Assembly: GCA_951406725.2 (NCBI GenBank)
Contig: OX597815.1
Span: forward strand, 90,024,001-90,088,000
Length of the DNA: 64,000 nt
DNA from: Octopus vulgaris
Lineage: Eukaryota
Direction: 5' to 3'
Below are positions 13,767-27,599 of this stretch, one piece after another (position 1 is the first letter of the stretch; the number at the start of each line of letters is the position of its first letter). A program made the translations under genes and the position numbers. The notes under the pieces were generated by a model. The model made no database searches. It saw only the letters and a program-made list of their open reading frames with translations, and was not told where the DNA came from.

Positions 13767-16599
13767 TTAAGTTATTATTTCATCTCTATCCACAACGTGC
13801 AATCCCTATAGAGACATATGGATTTACCGATGTGAAAATCTACTGAGGATAGTAAAATAAACTAACTGGAACTTATCTACACCCACGAAGGTTAACCAGC
13901 ATTATTAACCAGTAAAAATCAATATTGTACCCGCTAGGACTGTATATCCCTACCATCATAATTCGGAAATTTACCTATAAATTTAAAGTATGTTACCCGC
14001 GAGAGAAATTTAGCATTATATATTGCTTCACTGTATTCACTGGTTTATACCGATATGGAACCTCTTGTAAGATTAATCATTTGAGAGATGAATGTGTTTT
14101 GATGATCCTTAGAAGATATTAAATCATATACATTATGCTTATAATGTCTCCGCAAAAACATATTGTAAACAAGCTAGTAAACCAATGTAGGCTAGAAGTT
14201 GAGGAATCGACCAACGTGTATTTCATTTTTTAAAGATTTGTGAAGGACGTTCTACCCAGCTTCTTAATACCGAAGTTGAGAATTCAGGTTTCATCATTAG
14301 TTTTGTAATGTTGTTTATATCATGCAATCCTATTTACTCTCTCACTCTTTGGTTCTAAGGAATTGACGTTAGAGATCTTGATATCAATTAGAAAAAAAAA
14401 GCAAGCAGAAATGTATTGCATTCGGTTTCTCGACTCTTAGCTACAATAATTTCTGTGGCTTGCTTGCACGATAAATTCAAAACAAGATTAAATTTCTATT
14501 TATTAAGCATTTTAAAATATGAAATCGTATCGAATATCTTTTTAAATTCATATATGCTAATGAATATATTCAAACCGTCTCTGACTTCATGCTTTTCTTA
14601 AGTGACTGTTATTTCTCCGGTAGGTAACTGCTAATTTCGCAGAACGGAATCTACTTCACCCAAGCTCAATAAGTCGATAGGTTACATGCAAACAGACTGA
14701 ACAAGTAATATTTTGTATTCCGTCAGTAATGTTGCATCACTAGTACAACATATGTATACAGTAGTTTATCTCTTGCTTCTTACGGTCACGTTCTAAATAA
14801 AACTAGCATTCTACTTAATCTGAAGCGTTGTTCCTTTTTGTCTTTCCTTTTGTTACAAGCACTTGAGTGTGAAACACAGAACGCTAAATAAAAATAAAAA
14901 TATACATGCATGATTTATCCTACTTGCTATATAGAATTTTTGATGTTGGAATATATTCTTGTGTTGTTATATTCAACGAAATTATTGAGTAGCTATACTA
15001 CTCAACACAATTATGAGTAAAATGATTTGTAAAATGATTTGTGGTTATGTGGTATTACATTATGTAACCATAATATAATATAAAGTATATTAAGTGTTTT
15101 TATAAGTCAACACCACGTTCTACTGCATTAGTAGTGCGCTTTTACATTATTTTTTAAGGTTATTTCTACAGATATTCAATAGAAATTATAGTCAGCACTG
15201 ACTTTTGCTACTGGGTTTCGCATACGAGATATCAGATGTAAACAAACAATGAGGTCGAGGATAAAAATGGGTAATGGGCGTATATGTGTGGTGGCTATTT
15301 AAGCAATGTTTTCGAGGATGATTAGTGGATTAGATGGATCTTGATGAAGGGGCAAAACCCTCGAAATATGAAATTTACGCCTATTACACTTGTCATATTC
15401 GATCGCATTGTTTGTTTACATTTGAGGTCTCGTATACGAAATGCAGTAGCAAGAATCAGTTCTGGTGATTTCTATAGAGTATCTGTAGAAATAAAAGCGC
15501 ACTACGAACGCACTAGAACGTGATGTTAGCTTCTAAAAACATTTATATACTTTATAGTATAAAAGAAACGATGATAGATACTGTTTCCGAAGCACGTACG
15601 GACATAATAAAAAAATCACGATTTGTTCTGTAGTAAATATATGGAATGATTTTCTGTGTCTGTTTCCAGTGTATTTTTACCCATTCGTTCTATAGAAAAC
15701 CGATACCTATAAAATCCTGTGGTCTCGTACCATGCATGGAAAATATTACACGCATTAAAATTTGGTTAGTGAGGGATGGTTTGCGTCGACATAAACAGAA
15801 GAGAATATATAACAAATAACAAAACATACAAACACAGACTATAGTTTGGTAGCTGCAAATGTTTACAGTGTAAAGACTATGTTTCGAAAAACTTCACGAA
15901 AGCCTTTAGTGTCAAATCCCTTTCACAGCACACCAAAATGCAGCTGTTTTGTGTATATTTCCCAAACAGAGAAACAATGCTGGTCTCTGTTTAATAAATC
16001 ATCGTAGGAACATTTATATATTGATATTAAGTATCAGGTTGTGAAGAAAAATCAGAAAGCAAAATTGGCTATATTCCAGAGGAAAGATTTTATTTGCTTT
16101 CTAAAGAGTGTATAGTATATAATTATTTGCACAATTATACAAATACATTATAACAAACCAATGTATACTTGAAACGTGGTACGCCCTTCAACTGAAGATA
16201 TGTAATCATTGAATCAATTACCACTATAGTTTCGATTTATGTTGGAACAGTTTCATGCTACTTATGTCGATATTGCCTCTAGGAAATGTCGAAAAATGAA
16301 AGCAAAACTTACTATATCACTCATTCATTTGAATGCAGATTCGATACAACCAAGCATTCATTGAAGGAATTCTCTGATTAATTATCAAATAATTGACTCT
16401 CTAAATTTTTGTTGTATAAATATTCATCTTAAATGATTGATATTTGAAACATAATCACTTAATCAAATTCCAAAAATTAATAATTCCATCAATGTAAAGC
16501 GGAGAGAGACAATCTTGTCGGAAAAAGTGATGATGGTATAGGTGTAATCGAGTGACTAAATCTACATATTATAGGTATTTACTGATACATTGTGTATAT

Positions 16600-17700
16600 T
16601 TTCTTCAGACTCCCGTATATTATTTAATCTCTCCATCTTTAACAAGATATCGGAAAACATCAAGGTTGTGTATTTCCTTTATTCTTGCTCCGATACTTTA
16701 TTCCTAATAATGGCGGCAGCTTACATACTTTGTCAAAGACATAATATCCCACATACATAAAGTGATACAACTTAGACATCAGTTTATCAAATAAGTATAA
16801 GTATACTATTTCCTTGGAAGTCTTTAGTAAAAATTTCATGATAACAATGATAATGATATGATGAGAATTGAGAGCGTGGACACTGAGATAAAATTAATAA
16901 TGGATATGCGTTATATAAAACTGACAAAGATATTTCGGATTCATGTCTTTGAAGTAAGGCTTCTATTCAGTATAAAATTAATAGATCTGGTTAAATAATT
17001 CCAATTATGTATCAATACCAAACTGGTGCAATTATTATATTTGTAGACACCAAATATAAATAACTGCAATGCAACTTTGTAAGAAAAAGAAGCATTATTT
17101 TTATAGAACGAATGATACTTAATCCAGAGAAGAGATGTTATTTGCTTTCTAAAGTATTTGAATTACTTCAGATGAGATAGAAGTGGGTAGACAATTATTG
17201 GATATTATGTAGATGTGGAAATATAAGGTACATAACTGAGACGATAGCAACCTCGAAAAATCTTTTAGTCTGTTTGTCGATATGGAATATATCATTTAGA
17301 AGCCAAGGTCTCTTCAATTCGTAATAAAAGTGTACATCTATCAAGTAAACATCCACATATGGTTTTAGATTACGCTAAGAGCAAACTAATTGCAGTGATA
17401 TTTATTTCCTGGTATATTTTCATCCACATTTATAAGGTTCAAGTTTCTTGGAGTACGTCCGTATAGTAAGACTGAGTATACGATGTCTCTATAGAAGCAG
17501 AGTAAATAATAGTTTGGTTGCGAAGAGATAGACTTTGATAATACTCACATAAAGCTATAAATCCCATCATTTATAACTTTTATGATACAAACCCCATGGC
17601 CTCTAAGTCTTGTTATTGCTACTGCTCCATAGAAACTGCTTCGTCGAATATCCATAACTGGACGCTCTTGCAGGATCATCGAGACACAAGTTACAAACAA
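16600..17700 (+). pseudogene. Possible heavily decayed RTE-like LINE
   Basis: Faint traces of LAP.LF near 16680 and ES..L.GCE near 17500; no clean frame. Confidence 0.3.
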
Positions 17701-18406
17701 TTTAAATATTCTCATCATCTAATCTGTGGTACTGAAAGTTGAAGAAGCTTTCTTCTTATCATTTTTTTATTCAAACATTTTTGCTTTCAAATTCGGGCAA
17801 TTTCTTGAAATGTTCTGAAACTTCCGATTATTGTTTCCCTTCAACAGAATCAATGTGGAAACTTTTCGAATTGTTATCGCGTTGAAGCTTTGGAAAAGAA
17901 GATGGGCGTCAAGATAGCTGTATATTTCATAAACCTACATTGACAATAAGGAAAGTGCGCCTGATGAACATATTTCTATCATTGTGAAATTTTACAGGCA
18001 CTCGTATAATTTAGTGAAAACATCTTGAGTTACTCCCGACAGTCGCAGTTAATATAATTGATTTAGACTGGACTATAACAATGACGATCATGACAGCGAC
18101 AACAACGATGATGTCAATTTTGATGATGATGATGATAATAGGGATGATATCATAACGATGATGACCAAAAAGTCTGACGAAGACACAATTAAAACAGCAA
18201 CATTGTCATAATTCTTACAAGTATAATAGCAATGATAGTGATACATTGAAAATAAAGACATTATGGCTAATGTTATTGTTCATGAAATTGGTTATAATGT
18301 CACCAATTAAAATCAAATATCTAAGCGAAATAGCAATTTTGAAATAAACGACGATAGCACGAAATATCAGGTTTAATATAAATTGAATACGTGGTAAGTA
18401 CATACT

Positions 18407-18468
<62 letters not shown>

Positions 18469-18541
18469 TGTGTACGTGTGTGTGTGTATGTATTATATAT
18501 ATATATGTATTACATATATATATATATATATATTCATATGT

Positions 18542-18900
18542 ATGCGAGTGTCAGCTGAATATTTCATAAGCTAATAAAGATACCTCATGGAATGTGACCA
18601 AATGATGTCTATTTTCCAACATTGTCCCCTTTGCGGTCCATACACTTCTTCCATTGGATTTTCAGTTCTTGGATCCAATTGGTGAATAATCTTCAATCCT
18701 GTTGGTACAAAGAATCATCGACGGTAGCTATGACGTCATCATCACTATGATACAGGCAATTAGTTTTTCACATTGGGTAACAGATGATAGTCAAATGGGG
18801 CTAAGCCAGGAGAAGACGGAGAGGGATCAACCAGTGCAAATTTACAGTCACGGATAGCAGCCACTGAAATCAAGAATTTGAGTATAGACGAAACAAGACA
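18542..18900 (-). mobile_element. Mariner 3'-end fragment related to the element at 27600..29566
   Basis: CATGGAATGTGACCAAATG...TGCGGTCCA is near the reverse complement of TGGACCGCA...CATTTGGTCACATTCCAT at 29490..29522. Confidence 0.65.
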
Positions 18901-19125
18901 CTCGCTACTTGTTACTTCTTACAATGGTCAGCTATAAGTTTACCTAGATAAACAGACAGTGCAGTTAGAGACAAGAGTTTAAATTAATGCATGCAAAATT
19001 TAGAAGCTCTCGCATTACTCCTTCATAGGGAAGCTATTATCGTTTTAGCTCACTTTCGTGTTTGTGTGTGTGTGAGTGTGTGTGTGTGTTTGTGTATGTG
19101 CGCGTGTGTGACTGTATATATATAC

Positions 19126-19165
<40 letters not shown>

Positions 19166-19167
19166 GT

Positions 19168-19197
<30 letters not shown>

Positions 19198-19201
<4 letters not shown>

Positions 19202-19291
19202 AGAATTTACGAAAAAAACAAAGGACGAAGACAGGTGGTGTACAAAACAAACAGATGTATTAGTATAACTCCCAAGAATAGAAAAAGTATT
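19198..19291 (-). mobile_element. Truncated copy of the TA-embedded element at 34601..34775
   Basis: AGGGAGAATTTACGAAAAAAACAAA...AACAAACAGATGTATTAGTATAAC is nearly identical to 34601..34690; both start directly after (TA)n. Confidence 0.85.
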
Positions 19292-21727
19292 TCTTTGAAC
19301 ACCTGACAGCTGCCGTATAGACGTATGACTTTAAAAACATAGAAATACATCAATAGCACGTATAAATCTTGTTGAGATGGTTGTGAAAATCTTAAATACG
19401 CAATTCTGCTTCGTTGAGCGTCTTCTGTAGCAAGCGTCTACAATTAGGCGCTTGAGAAGAGAAATTTATCATATAGTAATATCGACAAATGCGATTGACA
19501 AATGTGACAATTTTGCAAGTAGCCTACAGGCAGGATACAAATTCGTTATTAGTGTTTGATGCAGTATTATTTCAAAATATCATTCAATATATCATACGTA
19601 ATCCAGATATACTCTTCGAAGTCTGAAAACCGTCGTGTTCATCTCGAGAAAGGTTCTTGTATGATGATAACGTATGATGATAAAAATCAGTAGATGCTTG
19701 CTACTGATGACCAGCAAAGAAGTAGAAATATGTATTCAACAATTCCACCACCGTTTATAGAAGCTCTTCACTTGCTACTGATATATCCCTCTGCTATAAC
19801 TATACATAACTTTATGAGATGTTTCATTTCTCGAGAAGAATAAGGCAGTTTTTAGGATTTTAGCAGTACACCTGCTTTACATATGTTATACAGAATATTG
19901 ATTTGAACTAATACTGCCTACGTCACTAGTAATGATGCACACACATACACACAACACACACGAACTCGCGCGCGCACACACACACATATATATAAACATA
20001 TATACGTGTGTGAATGTTTGTGTTTGTGTATTTGTGGACTCAGTTTCTCTAGACAACTTCTCATTAATATAATTTTTGCCAAAATCATAGAGTATAACAA
20101 ATTTTGTGTCATATTTGACAAGATAGCCACTATAGGAAATAAAAAAAAAAGGCTTCCGTTTTCTGTCAGTTAGAAAAAACTCCATCCTGTTAGAAAATGC
20201 CGAATAGAATTTTCAGTAATTATCATACATCTCCGACTTAATTTATTAAAATTTTTAACTAATTCATGCTAATTAAAGATAATTGTATATATCAGCTTTA
20301 ATAATCTTTTCCATAATATTTTGTTGATATACTTGCTTTTGAAATTTCCAAATTTCATGATGTAAAATATTATCTCAGATGATTAACTTCTTTTATTTAA
20401 TAATATTTATCGAAATTTTAAAGATTTAGCATCAAAATATAGCGCTTAGTTTCATTGATGTCAAATATTCATTTACACCAGTCATAGAAATGAAATAAAA
20501 CATTCCGAATATTATCCATTAGTGACATATCTAATTATGTAAATTATACATAATATACATACATCTCTTCTGCAAAATTTACATGTGAATTGTCACGATT
20601 TCAAGGATTCAATATGATTGGTGTTGAAAATAATACTAGATTGATCCTGAACTGCTGAATGCGTTGGGGTTTGTGGTGAAGAAAATCGTTATCGATATAT
20701 GGATAAAGGAACAGTCTCTTCAATTTACTATCACTAGTGAGAATAATGAGGATTTTGAATAATATAATAATTATTAGTATGTTGATTTTGATGATGACGT
20801 TGAGTAGGATGGTGTTGGTGATAACGATAATGATAAAACCATTCATATTTGACAAAACTTTAAATTTTACGTATATTGATACGTTTATAATTATTTGCTA
20901 CAATCACGCATGACAACACTGAAAGTAAAACATATTCCAGTACATAAAATGAGGGTACTAATAAGTGGCTGTACAGCCTGCCAGAAATGTTGGCGAAATA
21001 TTTAAAACAAAATCACCCCACCGTTTTAACAATTAAGCAAAATACATTAGACTGCGTCATAAAAGCAAATCACGTCACCAGCAGAATGCCACTGGTCATG
21101 TCTCTGTGTAATCATCGGTGACTCGGGCCTAAATAAATATGTTAAGATAGAAGAGTTTAAATCACCACTTACAATTTTATGCTATTACTTATTTGCGCAT
21201 GATGACATTGAATGCAACCGTATTAACCTCTTCCATTGCCCCCAAATGGAATATAGTATCAGTTACGGTAACGGCCATAATTATTATAATATTTCTAGTA
21301 TTTGCAATGACCATGTTAATAATCTCGTTAAAACATTGATGTCTGTGATGTTCATTTCAGTAATAATAGTGCTGTAAAAGATTTGACTGTCATGATTATG
21401 GTTCCAGAAAGAGTTTTCTTCCTGAGTTGCCAAAATACATTATTAATCAAGTACTGGGGTCTATGGTATCGAATATGTTCAACCTACAAAATTGCTAGTC
21501 TTATGCTTAAAAAAAAATCAAACATCATCATTGTTCTTACTAAGGCGGGAAGTCGGTAGAAATGCTACAGCACCTTTTCTTTGATAGACAGTAGTTGGTT
21601 AATTTGCTTTACGGTCATCATAAAATTTCGCACATTAGGATTTTTGATTACTTTTTTCTTAATTTCTTATTTTAGTATATTCTGCAAATGCAAAGTTATT
21701 TTATCAGTCATCTTTATACGTATGGTG

Positions 21728-21881
21728 ATTCTTCTTCTTCTTCTTCTTCTTCTTCTTCTTCTTCTTCTTCTTCTTCTTCTTCTTCTTCTTCTTCTTCTTC
21801 TTCTTCTTCTTCTTCTTCTTCTTCTTCTTCTTCTTCTTCTTCTTCTTCTTCTTCTTCTTCTTCTTCTCATTATTATTATCA

Positions 21882-21966
<85 letters not shown>

Positions 21967-21991
21967 CATTATTATTATTATTATTATTATT
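21728..21991. repeat. Compound (CTT)n(TAT)n microsatellite
   Basis: Direct reading. Confidence 0.95.
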
Positions 21992-22099
21992 GATTTTACT
22001 CAGGTTCGTTCTTATTCATCATAGAATCAATGTGGGTAGCGAGTTACTACCTGCACAATCTTTCAGTAATGTTTCATGTGCTTTAGAACCTCCTGATAA

Positions 22100-22645
22100 T
22101 AATTCGTGTCCCTAAGAGGCAACTTTTCTGTAGAAGCTCTACAGAATATTCTATTCTAACCTTTTTCAACCATTTATCTATGTTATTATTCACAGTTCCT
22201 AATACACAAACTATTTTAAGCACTTTATTTACACTTTTCATATTCCTAATTATTGTAGGGATTGTACATTTTTAATTTATCAACTTTCTTTATAATCCTG
22301 GAGATAAAAAAAAAATATGATAGACCAATTAGTAGGCAATTTCGCTTTTCGTCTTTTATTATTGTTAAATGTGGTTTATTATTTTCTATCTTCTTATTCG
22401 CTTGAATAGGAAAATACCATAAGGTCTTGCACATCTCAGACTCGAGCAATCTTTCAACCCGATGATTACACTTATTATTTCCAGCTTCAAACACACGTTT
22501 TCTGACAAAGCTTCCAGTGCTAAATTTTCACAGCCTGGTCACGACTCTATTTCTTCTTGAGTCAACTTGGTACATTCTGAAACAACGTGTGTTACAGTCT
22601 GAATCTAATTTTACAACTCTACATTTTGATGATACCTTATTTTAC
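22100..22645 (-). pseudogene. R4/Dong-like non-LTR element, 3' part (zinc knuckle and restriction-like endonuclease)
   Basis: ORF 22246..22494 KTLWYFPIQANKKIENNKPHLTIIKDEKRNCLLIG matches KILWDF.IQTD..I.HNRPDI. Frameshifted KCRV...THVVSECTKL lies upstream. The 3' end points at the TAA array. Confidence 0.75.
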
Positions 22646-22649
22646 TCGA

Positions 22650-24760
22650 TCCAGTTTCGGAAAGGCCTAGGCCTCGAGATACACTCGATTTTCCTGGAAC
22701 CGAATCGTATGTTGGTAGTTCTAAATTGTAAACGGAACCGGAGATGCTTTTGGACTAGTCATTGCGTACGCAGACTTCGCCAGACGGTTAGATCTTTCCC
22801 TAAAGACGTCCTACTGTTTAGTATTAGTAAACGATTGAAACGCCATCTTAGATGCACATCTGGATTGTGTGAGGATAGCTGATAGGAGAAGAGGTTAACC
22901 GTTACCATCTGGATATTCCTCAACGTGGATATGACCCATTTGATGAGAATCTATAAGGTTTAGTAAGGATATAGTAACGGAGTAGCAGATGACCTAGTTA
23001 GTAACTTAGAAGACGCGTTTAGCAAAGTGGGAAGCGATGACGAGCGGCAAGATGGAGAGATGACAGGCGCTGGATTGTCTGTCACACGAGATTTATCGAC
23101 GTATGCGAAATTTATCCGGAGGGCTCTCAGCAAATATCTCCTGTAAATGGTAACAGAACGGGAAAATTCCCATTCCACGGAAAAGAGGAAAATGTTGCTG
23201 CTGAGAAAGGACTCCAAAAAGAATGACGATTTTAACAACTTCAGACCAATGGCTGCCAACTGCAGTGTTAAAGGTTTTAACAAAGATGTTAACTAACAAG
23301 TTGGCGATTGAATTCGATAGTCAGATGAGTACAACACAGACATGCGCCATACCAGACAGATTTCCCTATGACAAACTTCATGCAATACATCATAGAAAGG
23401 GTGGGTAAAGAATATGGCATGGGTGGGGCTTTGATCGGTAAAAAGCTTGGCAGGGTCAATACTGACGGCTGTCCTGAAGGCGGCTGGTTTCGGTACTGTC
23501 TTCAGAGGATCACTGCAATGTACAGCAGTATTGGCTCGGTGGCAAGAGTAATTGACCAGTTGTAGGAATTATTCCTTATCATGCGATCGGCCCGTCTATG
23601 TGTCTCCTCTTTCTACTTTTGTACGTGCTGACTCTTCGAGAAATAGGATCCGGAAGAATCGTGTTTGCACATATGAATAACATCACCGTAATAGTGTCGG
23701 ATAAAAAATAATTCAAGGTGATCGGCACGATACTAAGGGGATACGAGGCACTAACATGGGCATAAATAACCACAAGTCTGTAAACCTGCAGTTATACACC
23801 TAGAAATGTAGATCAATATCGTTCAACTGCGTCGTTAAGCACGGTGGGGGGGCGGTTGAATTACTCGGGCTTTACTTTACACTAGATCTCCAGATGTACA
23901 AGATCTAGGAAAAGGTGATGGACAAGGTGGTTAGCCTTACACAGAAATGGATGAGAGGGCAGTATTTCTTAAGTTTCAGGCAGAGTTGACGAATGCCTAC
24001 ATCACATCGGTCACCTATTACCTCCTCGCCATCGTATCTAGCTTCACTGCATGGCAGACTAAAATGATGCGCTTGCACTCCCACCTGGGTAAGAGCTACA
24101 ACGTTCTCTCAAATATTCTAGGCGTCAATGAAAATCAACTGGCTTATATGTTCAGGACGAGGTTCAGGCCGGGGTCCATCATTAATTTCCAGAAATCTCT
24201 GTTTTGGCAGTGTTTCCGGGGTTGGAGGCATGGCCTATATAGGATAAACTGTACATACATGGTGGTGCTGTCAGCCGCGCTTTTCCGAAATGTGAACAGG
24301 GTAGTGAAAACGTCCAGCAGTGCTCGAACAATGTTCTTACGTGCAGAACGGTTCCAACCATCTCCCACACCACTATGAAGATCGCCCCATACCTTCCTTC
24401 GATTGAAAAAAGGCACGCAATTTTCTTTTATCTGGCGAAAGAGGATGTGCGGTGGACGATACTAAAAGGACTGAAGACAAACACTTTCCTATTTGGCCAA
24501 ACCCTCATCGACTCTTTTGTAAATTCCATTTAAAAGGAAGGTTGAGAGGGATGCACTCATTTACCTTGTTGAAAGGTGGGTGAATGCTGTGTGGATGGTC
24601 TGAGGGAGTGGGCTTACTATAAAGTGATGCATATAGATTGAGAAGTAAGGAGGAGAGTGGGGTAGTTGCCTCGGTACAGCAGATGAGTTAAGGAATTCGG
24701 GGTCTGTGCGTCTCCTTAGTTGCTACAGAGTGGCGTTTAATCCCTGTTAGGTATTTTATT
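22650..24760 (+). pseudogene. Decayed L1/Tx1-clade LINE nested in the R4/Dong-like element
   Basis: LLRKDSKKNDDFNNFRP and LKVLTKMLTNKLA...QTCAIPDR are L1/Tx1 RT motifs; CxxC knuckle-like remnant near 24285; locally higher GC. Confidence 0.7.
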
Positions 24761-24764
24761 GTTA

Positions 24765-25110
24765 AAAACCATTATTGATGTTTCAATTGCTTACAAATTT
24801 TCTCTGTAAAATCCCTCTGTCTTTTGTCATTATTCTGTCCTAGAGGTTCTTCTGTTAACCACAACCAACTCCCTATATTTCCAACATCTTCCGTTTGCAG
24901 CATGACTTGACCGTATATTTCAGCTTCTTTTCCTCTATATGTTTTGTTGTCCTTCATTTACTTTTTTCTTGAATTCTTCCACTGTTTCAATAACATTTTG
25001 TGTGTTTCTAGCCTTAAATATTGTTCTTTCTTCATACCAATATCGCAGTGCTAATATCGTTTTCTGTGTTTTGCAAACATCTGCCGCTTTCCTTTCTTGG
25101 AAGGTAGTGC
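24765..25110 (-). pseudogene. R4/Dong-like element, upstream part of the copy at 22100..22645
   Basis: IYGQVMLQTEDVGNIGSWLWLT matches the HGQF...SW.WL segment that precedes the zinc knuckle. Confidence 0.65.
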
Positions 25111-26419
25111 CTGTCGATATCATTGTTGCTGTTATTGTTATTACTATTGTTATTATTATTGTTGTTGTTGTTGTTTTTGATGAAGTAGTAGTATTCTTGT
25201 TTGATTATGTTGGTAATGGTAGCACGTAGAAATTCTTTTAAATGTAGATTATAATACCTGTAGCCATTGTCTTTAAATGGATGCGTTGTCTGGTCACTTT
25301 ACATAACTCAAGTCATCACTGTCAATTTTACATTACTATATACCACTTACATATGATGTACTGTGTAATAGTGTGCAATTTGCGAAATATCGTAACAGAT
25401 CGATGTTCGTAGCAAATAATGTACGTCTGCTTTGTTGTCATTTAGTGTGGGTTCAAATTACACATTGTTGTTTAATATTTGTGGTTCTATATGTTATTTT
25501 TGTCCTTCTTACACCTATATTTAACTGGAAGAAAAAAATACCCATTATTTACAGAATTATGTACATAGACATACATATATATGTATGTTTGTATGTATAT
25601 GCATACGCACATAGATACATATCTATATAGACACACACAAACACACATATGTATAAATTATTATATATATAATTTTTCCTTGTCTTTTTTTTTTGCATTT
25701 TAGTCCCGAGTTTCCCTTTAATTTATACTCTTATATAGTTAGCTTTTGTCAATGAGAATTTTTTTCCATCTGAAGTATTTAACTCATCGACTTTTATTCC
25801 CCTTTTCCGTGTTTTATTTTCTAATACTACGCATAACCCCAACTCTCTCATAAACATATTGTCTTGTAACATCATTAAAAACATCAAAATGTTATTGTTC
25901 TTTTAAAATTAATTAAAAACATTGCACTAATCTTGGGTTGACTGAGATTCTTCGCAAATGTTATTTTCATGTTTCGCTAGGGTAGAGAAAAAATAACGAA
26001 AAACAAAAACGACAGAATACTTTCAATAGAAATGAATCGTTACAAAGAAAAACCCCAACGCAAAAGTATCAATAACACAAAGACTAAATGTCTGTTTCTA
26101 TTATGAATAGAATTTAGATCAATATACAATACGAATTTTGATCTCTTGGGTTTTTGTCTATGAATAATCTACTTTATTAAGTCTCTTACTTAATAATCCT
26201 CAACTTTCTTTGTTTATGTTTATAAATTCACAAAACGGAAAAGAAATTATAAACATGAATATATATTTGAAGTTTTACATTACTCTTACTATTGTAATTT
26301 TTTGGCTGTCATTAAGTGGTTGTTACACTGGACCATTCTAGTGATTATGTGTATATATGGACGTATGTGCGTTTATGAATATACACACATACATACACAC
26401 ACACATATATATGTATACC

Positions 26420-26464
<45 letters not shown>

Positions 26465-26644
26465 GTATATATATACACGTCTATGTGTATATATGCCTAC
26501 AAATATATATGTACATTATATGTCTATATATAGTGTATATATATATATATTGAATATATAGACGTATATGTATGCTAACACACCCGTATAAGTTTGTATG
26601 TATGTATGCATGTATGTATGTATGTACGTACGTACGTATGTATG

Positions 26645-26678
<34 letters not shown>

Positions 26679-27599
26679 TGTATGTATGCGTATTGCGATT
26701 CAGTAATGAACGCATCGTTGTGTCGCAGTCTAATAAACTTATGAATACTTGTTATGAAGTTTAATATAATACATGCACAAAATCATACACATAGAAAAGA
26801 CACACTGCATCTTACAGCAGAAATTGAGGAAATGTTTTTATCACTACAAAAATTAACGGAATCAGTCGACAATATTACAAAGCTGCAGCGGATAAAACAG
26901 ATGCATTTACCCCCACTACTCCATTGTGCCGTCTTTGATATATCATGTATATAATTAACATGGGATCATATAGATGGTATATAAATATGCGGAATTTTGC
27001 AATCAAATCTCTCTGTGTTAGAACAAGGAAGTTTGTAACGATATTCCCGCGACAAATCTAGTTGAATAATGGCCTGAAAGCTAAAAATGGCAACAGCAAA
27101 ATGTGGTATCTTGTAACATCTAGGTAGGATGAGACAGCGGGATCCATCATCTTATTCTCCAACGAAATCTGCAAGACAGCTGCGAGCTGTTCCTCGAATA
27201 AGTATAATGGAGTTTATGTTCTTAGATTAATACCAAGATTAATTTGTAAATATTGTATTTTGAGCACCATTATTTTACAATAAATATTTAAACAGAACAC
27301 TGTGCGTATTAGAATATCTAAGATGAAATTTAAGTAATTACCATATGTGTGTGTATGTGTGTGCATGCATATGTGTGTGCAAACATACATATGTATGTGT
27401 GTGTGTGTCGTCATTAGTTCATATATCTGAAAAAGAAGCACGCTTTAAAGCATTTGAGAAGTAATATATCTTTTTAGGAAGTTAAAATGTATGGCCTTTC
27501 ACAGATTGACCATTGGTTTCGCACATACAAAACGCTTAGCAGTACGGGCAACTTGTCAGACTCGAATGCTGAAGGCACATAGCCTGATTATAGATTGAG

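Noticed and set aside
17955-18000. CTGATGA-ACA...TGT-GAAA hammerhead-like pattern
   Set aside because: Stem I does not pair at the core junction; compatible with chance.
19704-19735. CTGATGA...GAAATATGTA
   Set aside because: No stem II or stem I pairing.
21581-22115. Poly-L, poly-I, poly-S, poly-R and poly-Y ORFs; likewise at 33.2, 51.2, 58.4, 59.6, 61.0 and 62.7 kb
   Set aside because: Trinucleotide microsatellite translations.
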